Assembly (NCBI GenBank): GCA_045545235.1
Contig: JAZQAN010000017.1
Location: 1,200-65,199 of the forward strand
Source of the DNA: Clostridia bacterium
GTDB taxonomy: Bacteria > Bacillota > Clostridia > Monoglobales > Firm-18
DNA length: 64,000 nt
Direction: 5' to 3'
The notes under the pieces were generated by a model. It saw nothing but the letters and a program-made list of their open reading frames with translations. It ran no database searches and had not been told where the DNA came from. This document shows, one piece after another, positions 19,794 through 30,234 of this stretch; the first letter of the stretch is position 1; the number at the start of each line of letters is the position of its first letter. A program made the translations under genes and the position numbers.

Positions 19794-21369
19794 TAACATC
19801 ATCCTCAACAGGCAATGTCAGGAATGAATCCTGCAAAAAGACCTTATTGTTTGCAACCCTTGCAGTTGTATGTTCGCTGTAAAGGCCCTTATTGTTGGTA
19901 TGGCGCACATAGTGTTCATTATCGGCAGATGCAATATCAATCCTTAGTCTTTCGCCCTTCTTCACAGAAAAAGCGTGAGGGTCAAAATTAAAACCAAGTT
20001 CAACCTTTGTATCGGGAGTATATTCTCCAAGTTGATAGCAAAGAGAAGTAATGTCATCACGAAGACCATAGTCACCTCTGTCTTTTTCTATGCTTACTCT
20101 TATGTAAAAGCATGTATCTTCACAGTCTGACATAACAGAAAGCTTTGCAGACATTTTGCCTTTTACAAAAGTATCTTTTTCAAAAGGCTCTGTATAAACA
20201 GATATAATGTCGTGGCGCAAATTTGCTTCATCCTGAAAAACACTGCCTCCGAATGAACGGGAAAGTCCGCCCTTAAAAGCCGGAGCATCATAGGGATTAT
20301 ATACATAGGAAACCTCACTATCCCCAAGTTTTATGTTCAGTTTGCTGTTGGCTTCACACTTTTCTTCCGTACACCATTTTTCATCAAACAGTCTGTAATA
20401 TGTAATTTGACCTTTTTCAAAAGGTGATTTGACATTTTTATTTCTGATGTGGTCAAGCCACTCTATTTCATAAAAATCACCGAATTTTTCCACTCTTCTG
20501 CCATCTTCAAATACCCATGAATTTTCGGAATCACATCTGTCTCCGTGGTCATAAGGAGAAACAACAAGTGCGGATTGCTTTTTTGTTTTCTCATTCAATT
20601 TATTCCACATTTCAAATATTCCGCCACTGTATATATCATTAAATGCTGTGGTAAAAAGAATGGGAAAATCAACATTATCCGTTGCTCCGCGTGTTTCAAC
20701 TCCCCCAAGAGGTGTGTTCCAGAATTCGTCCTCAGGTCCCGGTGATTTAAGTACCATATCAAAATCCTTTACAGGCTCACCAAAAACAACCCTTGTAAAA
20801 TCCTTTAAAGGTAATAAATCAAAGGTTTTGGGTGTATAATTCTTTTTCATATGAGATTTTGGCTTGTACATTTTAACATACCAATTGCCGTGAAGTCCCG
20901 ACTTTAAAAAGCCGTTACAGTAACATATATTGTATCTTTCACTATCCTGTACATTAAAGATTGCACCCTTGATATCATCGGCATAGGGTGCCACGGTGTA
21001 GTGGACGGATGTAAGATAGCTTCCTCCTTTAAGGAAAATTTCACCGTTATAAAAGTCCTGCTTTCTTATCCAATCCAGAAGATTAAGTCCGTCGGTACGC
21101 TCATAAATGTATGGTATGAAATCTCCATCACTTTTCCCCGTTCCGCGACAATGCTGATAAACAATTAAATATCCGTGTTTCAACCACTCTTCAAATTCTG
21201 TTACATATTCCTTTAATACATCTTCCTCATCCGTTTCCTCATATTTATTAACATAGGGACTGCGCATAACAATTATGGGGAATTTTCCTGATTTTTCAGG
21301 CTTTAACACCATAGTAAACAGTTTGTTTCCCTCTGATTCAAGATAAGTGTACTCTGATATATAATTCAT
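19783..21369 (-). CDS. CocE/NonD family alpha/beta hydrolase (peptidase S15-like)
   Basis: RSPY, RGTGKSDG, nucleophile GGSY, PYDHG and C-terminal KGERLRIDI. Confidence 0.88.
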   Translation of the reverse strand: MNYISEYTYLESEGNKLFTMVLKPEKSGKFPIIVMRSPYVNKYEETDEEDVLKEYVTEFEEWLKHGYLIVYQHCRGTGKSDGDFIPYIYERTDGLNLLDWIRKQDFYNGEIFLKGGSYLTSVHYTVAPYADDIKGAIFNVQDSERYNICYCNGFLKSGLHGNWYVKMYKPKSHMKKNYTPKTFDLLPLKDFTRVVFGEPVKDFDMVLKSPGPEDEFWNTPLGGVETRGATDNVDFPILFTTAFNDIYSGGIFEMWNKLNEKTKKQSALVVSPYDHGDRCDSENSWVFEDGRRVEKFGDFYEIEWLDHIRNKNVKSPFEKGQITYYRLFDEKWCTEEKCEANSKLNIKLGDSEVSYVYNPYDAPAFKGGLSRSFGGSVFQDEANLRHDIISVYTEPFEKDTFVKGKMSAKLSVMSDCEDTCFYIRVSIEKDRGDYGLRDDITSLCYQLGEYTPDTKVELGFNFDPHAFSVKKGERLRIDIASADNEHYVRHTNNKGLYSEHTTARVANNKVFLQDSFLTLPVEDDVNEK

Positions 21370-21370
21370 A

Positions 21371-24300
21371 TTACAGCATTTCCTTTTTTACAAAATTCTC
21401 GGTAAAATCAATATTCAAAGTCTTAATGTTTCCATTACTTGCAACATTGAATTTTTGAACACCATATCCTTGTGCAGTAAAACTATTACCATCCAGAGAT
21501 AACACTTCAAAACAGTCACATTCAGGCCAAACTGCAATTTTGCCATCTGTTACAACCTTTACAATATCACCGAAGCTCATACTTATAGTATAAGTCTTTC
21601 CATCAATAATCATTTCGGCACAACGTTTATCTTCACTGTCATTATACCAGTCCACTGCGGTGAAATAATAGTGTCTTGTACCGTCTGCCTGTTTAAATAC
21701 TGTATATTCTACATCCACACCGCATTTAACCCTGATATTTTCTTTTTCAATAATATCACGGCAAACAGTTTCAACTGTATTCTTATAAATATCAAATACC
21801 GCTTCATTACCGGGATAGTACAAACTGTTAACAAAAACAAACTTGCCTTCACCATAAGGAATATAGCAAATAAAAGGAGTTCCTTCGTCGGTAGTTTTTG
21901 CAACTTCACAATCAACGATATTTTTGCATACTATGATTTTTTTACCATCTACAGCATTCTCCTCAAATACAGGTTTACCCTTACAAATTGCAGAAACAAT
22001 ATTATGTTCAATGATATTGTGATTATGTTTTTCAATATCATTTTTAAGGGTTGTGTCGGAAAAATGAGGCCATGCACATATAAGAGTACCACCATTATTA
22101 ACATAGTCAGAAACTCTGTCAATGTCAGCTTTTTCCGCCTTGTTGTAACCTGCAAAAACAAGTACCCCGTATTTTGACAAATCGCCATGTTCAACAGGTA
22201 CAACATCAACATTACCCATAGGTGTACCGCTGAAAAGTCCTATTGGCTTGTTATTACCCTCGGGAACACACATAAACTTTCCACAGCCATTCGTGTTTAT
22301 TGCGTTAAGTGGGTAGAATGATTTTAGCAGTTTCCACGAATCTGCTTCCTCACCATTCTGAATAGCAGGCATACCCCATGTGTTTGAGCTGCCGAAGCCA
22401 TTCCAACCGTCATATCTTCCGTGTAGAAATGCTATCGGGGTATAAAATTCACCTGTTCGTGAATGAGTTCTTTTGAATTTATTGAACTTTCTTGCCTGCT
22501 GACGATGTCTTTCGCAAACATCGGATACACGATTAAAATAGTCATACATCGACTCTATAAACCACAAGCCTTCTTCTGTATTTAAATCTGTTACCCCATG
22601 CATATATGGAACATAAAGTGAAAGCAAATATCTTCTGTATCTTTGTTCTGTATCATGAGGGTAATTGCCCCATTGCAACGCAAGATGAACACCTGTTTTT
22701 TCTATACCATAGGCATTTGATGCACCACGCATAAATGCAAGCGGTATTTCAGTTGCACCATCCATTGTTTCCATACCTGTCCATTTAAATCCATTCTGGT
22801 AAAAATATTTAAACATAACGGATGGACCTGTATGACGTATAAAATTATCTTTGTTCAGGTTTTTAAGTTCATTTGCAGCCAGATTATGAGCCTCTTCCAT
22901 ATCGGCATTTATAACCTTGTTTCTGCGATATGAATATCCACATTCACCATAAGCAATGTTAAATGGTCTGTATGCCCCCTCTACAGTTTCAGGATATTCT
23001 CTGCCAAGACGTGCCGCAAGGTCGAAAAATTCTTCCAAAGGTGTCTGGATTTCTCTGGGATTTTCACCCCAGTAGAAAAGCTGACCATCACGCTCATGAA
23101 GCTGACGTCCCATAAAATTGTCACCCTCAAGCATTTTCTCTGTGGGGTTGGTTGCAATGCCCGAAATGTCGCGACCATCTGAAATGTGAACATACAAAAG
23201 TCCAAGCTTTTCACAAAGCTTTGTAAAGAGCTCCCACACCCCGGAATTTACAAAGCGTTGTCCACCCCATCTATAAACCTGGCGTATGGTTACAAAGTCA
23301 CCGATGTCATTGGCAACATACCACTTTATGTAATCACATACAGCCTCTACATCGTCAACATTTACATATATCATATCACCTGTGCCGGATATTACATTAT
23401 CAGCTTCTTTTTTAATACAACGTGAAATTTTATAATTCTTTTTAAGTCCATTATACTCAAAAGAAAATTCAAGATTATTTTCCTCTTTCAATGGTTTCAA
23501 AGAATATACGATAAGTTTAAAATCCTCAAATTTTGTAACATCATTAAGTGAAAAATCTTCACTTTCAAATACAGGTTCAACGTCTGCTGACGAAATTTCC
23601 ATAAGAAGCTTAACATCCTTACCTGCCAAAAATTCTTCAGGACATCTTACTACTGTAAAGTCCGCATTTTCCTTTTCAAGAAGAAGAACCTCGTCTATAA
23701 GCATAGGTATAGGGTCAATATAATCTGCCTTATATTTTAATGAAACTATATTTTCTCCATCTTTAAAGCACCCAACAGGCAATTCTATCTCAATTGGTGA
23801 AAAACGATGAATTTTCAAAAATACTTCGTCATCAAAAACAACATTGCCGTTGACAGCTATCTCAAAACCGGGCCATTCCTTTTTAGCAAGGTTTTGTCCC
23901 AACCATCCAAAACGTTCCAGCCCTATATTTGCCTTTTCAAATTCAGGAAGCATATTTCTTCCGTCGCAGTCAACAAGGAATGGACTTTCAAAATAAATGT
24001 TACCTGAATATTTTTCACCCTCTATTGTAAAAATTACACAGGCTGTTTTTTCTTCATTTAACGTAAGTTCTCTACTGATTACGGTATATGGGTAACTTCC
24101 CTCCGAAACCTCCATAATATAAGTTTCATCAGGCTGGGCTATTGTATTGTGTGGGTCTACACCCTCTTTTACATACCACACATCTGCCCTGATATGAAGA
24201 TAACCATCTTCTTCAATCTTAAGATTTTCAGCCTTTGCACTTACACCAATGCTCCAGCTTTCAGTATATGGTACAAATCTGTTATAGGCATACAAACCAT

Positions 24301-24619
24301 ATGTAAGAGGTTGCCACATAACCTTTTTTAGAATTCTCTTCGCAAACGGAAGAGGCTTTTTACATGATAAATCAAGGCAATATCTGTTTTTTTCTGCCTT
24401 TTCAAAATTAAGGGAATCATCTATAAGCATATACAAAAGTTCTGCCCCTGATTCGTTTTTCAAAGTCGCACAAGATGAATCCTCACAGTTAAAAAACAAT
24501 CTGTGCTTTCCGTCTATATCAATATTTTTGCTGTCAATACTATAGCTAACACTCTGTCCGTTACGGAGTATCAAATTATCCTTTTCGGTTTTCAACGCAA
24601 TTTTTTTTGTATACATCAT
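21371..24619 (-). CDS. large hypothetical protein, probable glycoside hydrolase-like (barrel plus GH42-type trimerisation domain)
   Basis: 1082-aa ORF with an RBS. The C-terminal half has PIAFL, LSKYGVLVFAG, DYVNNGGTLI and YGEGKFVF, resembling the class-I GATase-like domain of GH42-type enzymes. Function is inferred. Confidence 0.6.
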   Translation of the reverse strand: MMYTKKIALKTEKDNLILRNGQSVSYSIDSKNIDIDGKHRLFFNCEDSSCATLKNESGAELLYMLIDDSLNFEKAEKNRYCLDLSCKKPLPFAKRILKKVMWQPLTYGLYAYNRFVPYTESWSIGVSAKAENLKIEEDGYLHIRADVWYVKEGVDPHNTIAQPDETYIMEVSEGSYPYTVISRELTLNEEKTACVIFTIEGEKYSGNIYFESPFLVDCDGRNMLPEFEKANIGLERFGWLGQNLAKKEWPGFEIAVNGNVVFDDEVFLKIHRFSPIEIELPVGCFKDGENIVSLKYKADYIDPIPMLIDEVLLLEKENADFTVVRCPEEFLAGKDVKLLMEISSADVEPVFESEDFSLNDVTKFEDFKLIVYSLKPLKEENNLEFSFEYNGLKKNYKISRCIKKEADNVISGTGDMIYVNVDDVEAVCDYIKWYVANDIGDFVTIRQVYRWGGQRFVNSGVWELFTKLCEKLGLLYVHISDGRDISGIATNPTEKMLEGDNFMGRQLHERDGQLFYWGENPREIQTPLEEFFDLAARLGREYPETVEGAYRPFNIAYGECGYSYRRNKVINADMEEAHNLAANELKNLNKDNFIRHTGPSVMFKYFYQNGFKWTGMETMDGATEIPLAFMRGASNAYGIEKTGVHLALQWGNYPHDTEQRYRRYLLSLYVPYMHGVTDLNTEEGLWFIESMYDYFNRVSDVCERHRQQARKFNKFKRTHSRTGEFYTPIAFLHGRYDGWNGFGSSNTWGMPAIQNGEEADSWKLLKSFYPLNAINTNGCGKFMCVPEGNNKPIGLFSGTPMGNVDVVPVEHGDLSKYGVLVFAGYNKAEKADIDRVSDYVNNGGTLICAWPHFSDTTLKNDIEKHNHNIIEHNIVSAICKGKPVFEENAVDGKKIIVCKNIVDCEVAKTTDEGTPFICYIPYGEGKFVFVNSLYYPGNEAVFDIYKNTVETVCRDIIEKENIRVKCGVDVEYTVFKQADGTRHYYFTAVDWYNDSEDKRCAEMIIDGKTYTISMSFGDIVKVVTDGKIAVWPECDCFEVLSLDGNSFTAQGYGVQKFNVASNGNIKTLNIDFTENFVKKEML

Positions 24620-24709
24620 TTTAAATCCCCTTTAATTAAAATCAACAGTTACAATATTATTAATATTAAGTTCTGCTAACCTCTTCATCATTTAAAAGTT
24701 TGCAACTCA

Positions 24710-25978
24710 CTAATTTGTGCATTTCGAACAAGGAGTTAACCCTGCCGTTTTGGCTTCGCTCAAGGTTGTAGCATAACTGTTTTTCCCACCACATTCTGCA
24801 TCGAAATGATATTTTTTGCCTGTAGGTGTACGATAAACACCCTTATTGTCAGATGGTGCAGCAGGTGTTACAGCAGGTGTTATACCTCCGTTACTGTAGC
24901 TTGAACCGGTCTGATAATTAATAACAATTCCCGGCTGAACATTATAACAATAAACACAAAAAGATATTCCTTTTCCATTATCCTCAACTGAATATGCTTC
25001 TAAAAGCACTCCGTCAGCAACAAGATTATTTCCTGTAAAAACAGGCGATACGCGATACACAACGTGATTTCCGGTCTTTTCTACATAATCAGCTATATCA
25101 TTTTCAAATGATACCATTCCGTCAATATTAAGATACCTTGTGCCTGTAATAAGATTTCTTTTATTTGCATTTTCACCCGTAAGCTGATAGCCTATTAAAT
25201 GACATCTGTTATAAAGATAACCGCCTGCAACATTGTCATATTTCACATTAATCCAGCCTGTGGGCGTTACACTGCTTATACTCTCTCTTTCATCCGTCGG
25301 CATCAAATCGGTGGCAACTGATGCAAAACAAACGTCACATCTGCCAAGTGGGTCAAGGTCGCTGTAATATTCAAACGAGCCTGAAATTTTTTCATACTCG
25401 TCAAAAAAGGGTATATTGTTATTAACTGTATAATATGCCTTGCCGGAATATGCAGGCACATTATTCTTTATATAAGCATACTCGTAGCGGTCAAAAGAAT
25501 TTCTTATAACTGATACTGTCTTTGTATCATCTTCCCACGCTACACCAAGGTTAAAGCTTTCAGCAACAAAACGAATGGGCAACATTGTACGACCATTTAT
25601 TATAACAGGGGCAACATCAAGCTGTTTTGCACTATTATTAAAATAAGCTGTTTTACTGTTAATGGTTAATTTTACTGTATCGCCGTCCATTTTAAGTATT
25701 GCCGTCTGGGTATTATTATCCCATTCCGCAGTACCGCCAAATTTTTCAATAATTGCTCTTATGGGCACAAGGGTACGTCCACTTACTACAACGGGCTTCG
25801 TACCCCTTCCTGCATCAATTTCGCTATCAACGCCATTAACTTCCATTACAGGATTGTTAATTTGCAGGCTTACAATTATATCAGGTAAATCAACTGCAAA
25901 AACAGACGATGCCGCAAAAGTACAGCACGCCATAACCACAGAGATTATCAGTAATTTTATTCTTTTCACTACATTCAC
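24710..25978 (-). CDS. secreted copper-amine-oxidase-N (stalk) domain plus DNA/RNA non-specific endonuclease
   Basis: Signal peptide; GRTLVPIR and GRTMLPIRF repeats; LDPLGR, YNRCHLIG, NLITGTRYLN and NVQPG motifs; C-terminal TPTGKKYH...C...PCSKC. Confidence 0.87.
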   Translation of the reverse strand: MNVVKRIKLLIISVVMACCTFAASSVFAVDLPDIIVSLQINNPVMEVNGVDSEIDAGRGTKPVVVSGRTLVPIRAIIEKFGGTAEWDNNTQTAILKMDGDTVKLTINSKTAYFNNSAKQLDVAPVIINGRTMLPIRFVAESFNLGVAWEDDTKTVSVIRNSFDRYEYAYIKNNVPAYSGKAYYTVNNNIPFFDEYEKISGSFEYYSDLDPLGRCDVCFASVATDLMPTDERESISSVTPTGWINVKYDNVAGGYLYNRCHLIGYQLTGENANKRNLITGTRYLNIDGMVSFENDIADYVEKTGNHVVYRVSPVFTGNNLVADGVLLEAYSVEDNGKGISFCVYCYNVQPGIVINYQTGSSYSNGGITPAVTPAAPSDNKGVYRTPTGKKYHFDAECGGKNSYATTLSEAKTAGLTPCSKCTN

Positions 25979-26071
25979 CCCATATATACTTTTTCATATT
26001 ATAGCACAGAATATATTAAAATTCAATTAAAAAGGAACGATAAACTCATTCCTTTTCAACATTATTCCTAA

Positions 26072-27403
26072 TTATATTGCCTTATACTTTGTAAGCCATG
26101 TTCCTCTTATAAACCTTACTCCAAAGAACAAAGCCCTGCATATCCAGTCACTGAACATTGCAAACCATACGCCAAATACTCCCCAATCTAAAAATTTAAC
26201 AAAAACATAACTAAGGCCAATTCTGCATATCCACATAGAAGCTATGGCAATTATCAAGGTGTATTTTACGTCATTTGCTGCACGAAATGAATTACCAAGA
26301 CAAAAAGCAACAGGATGAACCAAAGCCAAAATTATTGAGTGAATAACCAGCAGTTGCTGTGCCATAGTTGCTGCCTCGGCTGAAAGCCCATACAGCCCCA
26401 CAAGTTGCTTTGAAAATATCGCCATTACAATTGCAAGAGAAGCCATAAGCACATAGGCAATGCCCAAAAGCTTACGGGCATACATTTTTGCCTGTTCCTT
26501 TTCCTGGGCACCTACGCATCTTCCTACTACTGTTATCATTGCCATTCCAACAGCAGTTCCCGATGCATATTGAAGTGACGATAACCCATTTGCAGCAGCA
26601 TTTGCCGCAATGGATACCGTACCCATAGCAGAAATTAGACTTTGAGTAATTACCTTACCAAACTGAAACATTCCGTTTTCCGCACCATTAGGAATACCTA
26701 TGCCACAAATTCTTTTTATAATCTGAAAGTCCGGCTTATAAGAAAATAATTTTTCTATATGTACAGGAAGATTTTTGTCATATGTCAGTACCATTATCAT
26801 AGCTGCACCCAAAATTCTGGATAAAAGCGTTGAAATTGCAGCCCCTGCCGCCCCCATATTCAATGCATATATCAAAATTGCGTTGATTAATAAATGAACT
26901 ACATTCATTATAACAGAGACTTTCATAGATATTTTGGAATTACCCATAGCACGGAATATTGATGAACCTGCATTATACAAGGCAAGAAAAGGATATGAAA
27001 GTGCAGTAAACAAAAAATAAATCTGTGCATTTTCCATAACATCATTTGCAACACTTCCAAATACCATTGCAAGAAGACCTTTACGAAAAACAAGCATAAT
27101 AAGCATAATGCCAACCGCTACTATAGATACTACCCACACAAGCTGTTTTGCGGCTTTATTTGCATTATCCATATTTCTTGCACCCATAAACTGAGATATC
27201 GTAACAGCCCCTCCTGCCGCAAGCGCAGAAAAAACATACAGCATAAGTAAATTAATGGAGTCTACAAGGGAAACCCCCGATACTGCCGCCTCACCTGCAT
27301 AAGCAACCATTACAGTATCAAGCATACCGATAGTTACAGTTAAAAACTGTTCAATTACAAGTGGTATTATTATTTTTTTTAATTCCTGATTAGAAAAAAT
27401 CAT
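26072..27403 (-). CDS. MATE family efflux transporter
   Basis: About 12 TM segments; DTVMVAYAG, SQFMGA, FRAMGNSK and GAAGAAIST motifs. Confidence 0.93.
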   Translation of the reverse strand: MIFSNQELKKIIIPLVIEQFLTVTIGMLDTVMVAYAGEAAVSGVSLVDSINLLMLYVFSALAAGGAVTISQFMGARNMDNANKAAKQLVWVVSIVAVGIMLIMLVFRKGLLAMVFGSVANDVMENAQIYFLFTALSYPFLALYNAGSSIFRAMGNSKISMKVSVIMNVVHLLINAILIYALNMGAAGAAISTLLSRILGAAMIMVLTYDKNLPVHIEKLFSYKPDFQIIKRICGIGIPNGAENGMFQFGKVITQSLISAMGTVSIAANAAANGLSSLQYASGTAVGMAMITVVGRCVGAQEKEQAKMYARKLLGIAYVLMASLAIVMAIFSKQLVGLYGLSAEAATMAQQLLVIHSIILALVHPVAFCLGNSFRAANDVKYTLIIAIASMWICRIGLSYVFVKFLDWGVFGVWFAMFSDWICRALFFGVRFIRGTWLTKYKAI

Positions 27404-27486
27404 ATTTAAACCTCACAAAATTTGCACTTTTCCTATACATTATAACAACAAAAAACATATATTTCTATTACTTTTCATAAAACAAG

Positions 27487-27515
27487 TTGCACAAAAGATA
27501 GATTTATGTTACAAT
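27487..27515 (+). promoter_or_regulatory. sigma-A promoter of the AraC gene
   Basis: TTGCAC-17 nt-TACAAT with a TG extension. Confidence 0.55.
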
Positions 27516-27530
27516 ACACGTGGTGATATT

Positions 27531-28268
27531 ATGAATTTATCTGTAACCCGTACCGAAAAGGGTACAAATTTTTTTCCGCTACACAAACATACCGAAACCG
27601 AGATTGTCTTTTACCCATCTACAACCGGGACACTGTCTACGCAAGATAAAACATATCCCATAAATCCCGGCAGTATACTTATAATTCCGCCGGACACCTT
27701 GCACAGTACCCATTCCGACAGGAAGCTTGACGGCATTTACCTTAGAGGGAATTTTAATCAACTGTTAAACCTTAGTGCTCCCGTACAAATCAGCGACAAC
27801 AAGTACGGTGAAGGCAAACAACTTGTTATGATGATATACAACAACCGTTTTGGAAACAAAGAATATTTGTCCTCACTTTGTGATGCTTTTGTAAATTTTA
27901 TTGCAACAAACATTAAATTTGAGGATAATATATCAAAGGCGGTTATGGATATAGTATCTGAAATTACCCGACAGGCATACAAATGGGATTTAAATGTTAC
28001 AGATATCCTAAACACAAGCGGATATGCCGAAGATTACATACGTTCTCATTTCAAAAAAATTATTGGCAAAACTCCCGTAGAATTTCTTACACAGATACGA
28101 ATAGAGCATGCACAATTTTTAATAGAAACTTACGGCAACAGCATACCACTTTCCCAAATAGCGGAAAACTGCGGATATATAGATTACGTATATTTTTCAA
28201 GGAGATTTAAACAGTTAACGGGAAAATCTCCAAGGAATTTTGCAGACAAAACCGTATCTGAATATTAG
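27531..28268 (+). CDS. AraC family transcriptional regulator
   Basis: LHKH cupin motif and CGYIDYVYFSRRFKQLTGKSP; divergent from the MATE gene. Confidence 0.92.
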   Translation: MNLSVTRTEKGTNFFPLHKHTETEIVFYPSTTGTLSTQDKTYPINPGSILIIPPDTLHSTHSDRKLDGIYLRGNFNQLLNLSAPVQISDNKYGEGKQLVMMIYNNRFGNKEYLSSLCDAFVNFIATNIKFEDNISKAVMDIVSEITRQAYKWDLNVTDILNTSGYAEDYIRSHFKKIIGKTPVEFLTQIRIEHAQFLIETYGNSIPLSQIAENCGYIDYVYFSRRFKQLTGKSPRNFADKTVSEY

Positions 28269-28306
28269 TCGTAAGAGTTTTAGAACATTTATAATATTCA
28301 TAGATA

Positions 28307-28338
28307 AAAAAAGCGGAAAGGATAACCTTTCCGCTTTT
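28307..28338 (-). terminator. intrinsic terminator after rplL
   Basis: AAAAGCGGAAAGG-ataa-CCTTTCCGCTTTT inverted repeat. Confidence 0.88.
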
Positions 28339-28359
28339 AAAAACAATACTAAGCTTAAA

Positions 28360-28725
28360 TTACTTAAGTTCGATTGTAGCGCCAACTTCTTCGAATTTAG
28401 CTTTCATTTCTTCAGCAGCAGCCTTGTCTACGCCTTCCTTAATTGTAGAAGGAGCACCGTCAACAAGTTCTTTTGCTTCCTTAAGACCAAGACCTGTAGC
28501 TTCACGTACAACCTTGATAACCTTGATTTTTTCAGCACCAGCGTTAGCAAGTACAACTGTGAAGTCTGTTTTTTCTTCAGCAGCAGCACCAGCGTCGCCA
28601 CCAGCAGCTACCATTACAGGAGCAGCAGCGCTTACGCCGAATTCTTCTTCCATAGCTTTTACTAGTTCAGCAACTTCTAAAAGTTTAAGTTCTTTTATTG
28701 CATCTAAAATTTCATTAACTGTCAT
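28360..28725 (-). CDS. rplL: 50S ribosomal protein L7/L12
   Basis: [20 protein letters not shown] and GLKEAKELV motifs. Confidence 0.99.
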   Translation of the reverse strand: MTVNEILDAIKELKLLEVAELVKAMEEEFGVSAAAPVMVAAGGDAGAAAEEKTDFTVVLANAGAEKIKVIKVVREATGLGLKEAKELVDGAPSTIKEGVDKAAAEEMKAKFEEVGATIELK

Positions 28726-28786
28726 TTTAAAATACCTCCTAAATAATTTTAATTAATAATTTTTAATAATAATGTAATACTGAAAA

Positions 28787-29347
28787 TTATTCAGCATCTG
28801 CAGCAGGAGCTTCTTCAGCACCGCCGTTTTTCTTAGCAACCAAATCAGCGATTTCTACGCCGCCTTCAACGATTGTGTTAAGCAATCTAACAAGACCTGA
28901 AACAGGTGACTGCAAGCTGCCCATCATCTTAGCGATAAGAACTTCCTTAGATGGAGTTGAAGCCAATGTCTTAACCTCATCAAGAGAAATAACCTTACCT
29001 TCCATAAAACCTGATTTGAAAGATACGATATCGTGATCTTTCACGAAATCTGAGAATACTTTAGCAGGAGCTACCATATCCTCTGTATGATAAGCAAGAG
29101 CTGTAGGACCGTGAAGAACTTCATCAAGACCTTCAAGACCAACTTCCCTAGCAGCAAAGCCAAGAAGTGAATTCTTAACTACAGTATATTTAACACCTGC
29201 AGCACGGAATTTTGTTCTTAATTCTGTATCTTCTTCAACAGTAAGACCACGATAGTCAACAATGACACCTGCTGCTGCACCCTTTAGTTCTTCAACCAAA
29301 TTAGCAACTGCCGCTTTCTTGCTTTCTAAAACTTTTGCACTTGGCAT
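28787..29347 (-). CDS. rplJ: 50S ribosomal protein L10
   Basis: DYRGLTV, VVKNSL and GPTALA motifs; upstream of rplL. Confidence 0.98.
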   Translation of the reverse strand: MPSAKVLESKKAAVANLVEELKGAAAGVIVDYRGLTVEEDTELRTKFRAAGVKYTVVKNSLLGFAAREVGLEGLDEVLHGPTALAYHTEDMVAPAKVFSDFVKDHDIVSFKSGFMEGKVISLDEVKTLASTPSKEVLIAKMMGSLQSPVSGLVRLLNTIVEGGVEIADLVAKKNGGAEEAPAADAE

Positions 29348-29376
29348 TTAAATTTCCTCCTTTCAAGTGTTTTCAA

Positions 29377-29480
29377 TAAAAAAGGTTCTTCGTCCATAGA
29401 CACACGAAGAACCTGAAAATAATCAAAATAGATTAGTTTATTCCTCGGCAGGTCTTATTTTTATGCCTGAGTCTATGGAA
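29377..29480 (-). promoter_or_regulatory. L10 leader (ribosomal protein attenuator)
   Basis: Minus strand reads CCATAGACTCAGGC...CCTGCCGAGG, then the terminator AGGTTCTTCGT...ACGAAGAACCTTTTTT whose loop contains TCTATGG, complementary to the 5' end. Confidence 0.85.
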
Positions 29481-29489
29481 ACCTTTATT

Positions 29490-29518
29490 ATAATATCATA
29501 CAAATAAAAATTTGTCAA
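29490..29518 (-). promoter_or_regulatory. sigma-A promoter of rplJL
   Basis: TTGACA-17 nt-TATTAT with a TG extension. Confidence 0.75.
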
Positions 29519-29524
29519 GATAAA

Positions 29525-30220
29525 TTATTCACCGATTTTTGAAGCATTAATTTTAATGCCAGGGCCCATTGTTGATGTAACAACAACGCTCTTTAGGTAC
29601 TGACCTTTTGCAGCAGCAGGCTTAGCCTTAATAACTGCATTCAAAAGTGTGTTAAAGTTGTCAGACAACTTTTCAACACCAAAAGATGCTTTACCGATAG
29701 GGCAATGAATAATGTTTGTTTTGTCAAGACGGTATTCAATCTTACCAGACTTGATTTCGCTGATAGCTTTAGCAACATCCATTGTTACTGTACCAGCCTT
29801 AGGGTTAGGCATCAAACCTTTTGGACCCAATACTTTACCCAAACGACCAACAACACCCATCATATCAGGTGTAGCAACGATAACGTCATATTCAAACCAG
29901 TTATCATTCTGAATTCTTGGAATAAGTTCCTCAGCACCTACGAAATCTGCACCTGCCTGCTCAGCTTCTGTAGCCTTATCGCCTTTAGCAAATACAAGAA
30001 CGCGAGCTGTTTTACCTGTACCGTGTGGAAGTACTACCGCACCTCTAACCTGCTGGTCAGCGTGACGAGAGTCAACACCCAAACGAATATGAGCCTCTAC
30101 TGTTTCATCAAACTTAGCTTTAGCTGTCTTTGTAATCAAATCCATTGCTTCAGCTGTGTCGTAAAGGCGTGCTTTCTCAATAAGCTTTGCGCTTTCTTGA
30201 TACTTTTTACCTCTTTTCAT
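29525..30220 (-). CDS. rplA: 50S ribosomal protein L1
   Basis: [31 protein letters not shown] and STMGPG motifs. Confidence 0.99.
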   Translation of the reverse strand: MKRGKKYQESAKLIEKARLYDTAEAMDLITKTAKAKFDETVEAHIRLGVDSRHADQQVRGAVVLPHGTGKTARVLVFAKGDKATEAEQAGADFVGAEELIPRIQNDNWFEYDVIVATPDMMGVVGRLGKVLGPKGLMPNPKAGTVTMDVAKAISEIKSGKIEYRLDKTNIIHCPIGKASFGVEKLSDNFNTLLNAVIKAKPAAAKGQYLKSVVVTSTMGPGIKINASKIGE

Positions 30221-30234
30221 TCTTTTACCTCCTT

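Noticed and set aside
19783-19810. 6S RNA upstream of the 5-formyl-THF cyclo-ligase
   Set aside because: There is no intergenic space; the upstream gene overlaps the start codon.
24620-24709. AGAGGTTAGC-containing leader as a preQ1 or fluoride riboswitch
   Set aside because: The required pairing partners and conserved 3' motifs are absent.
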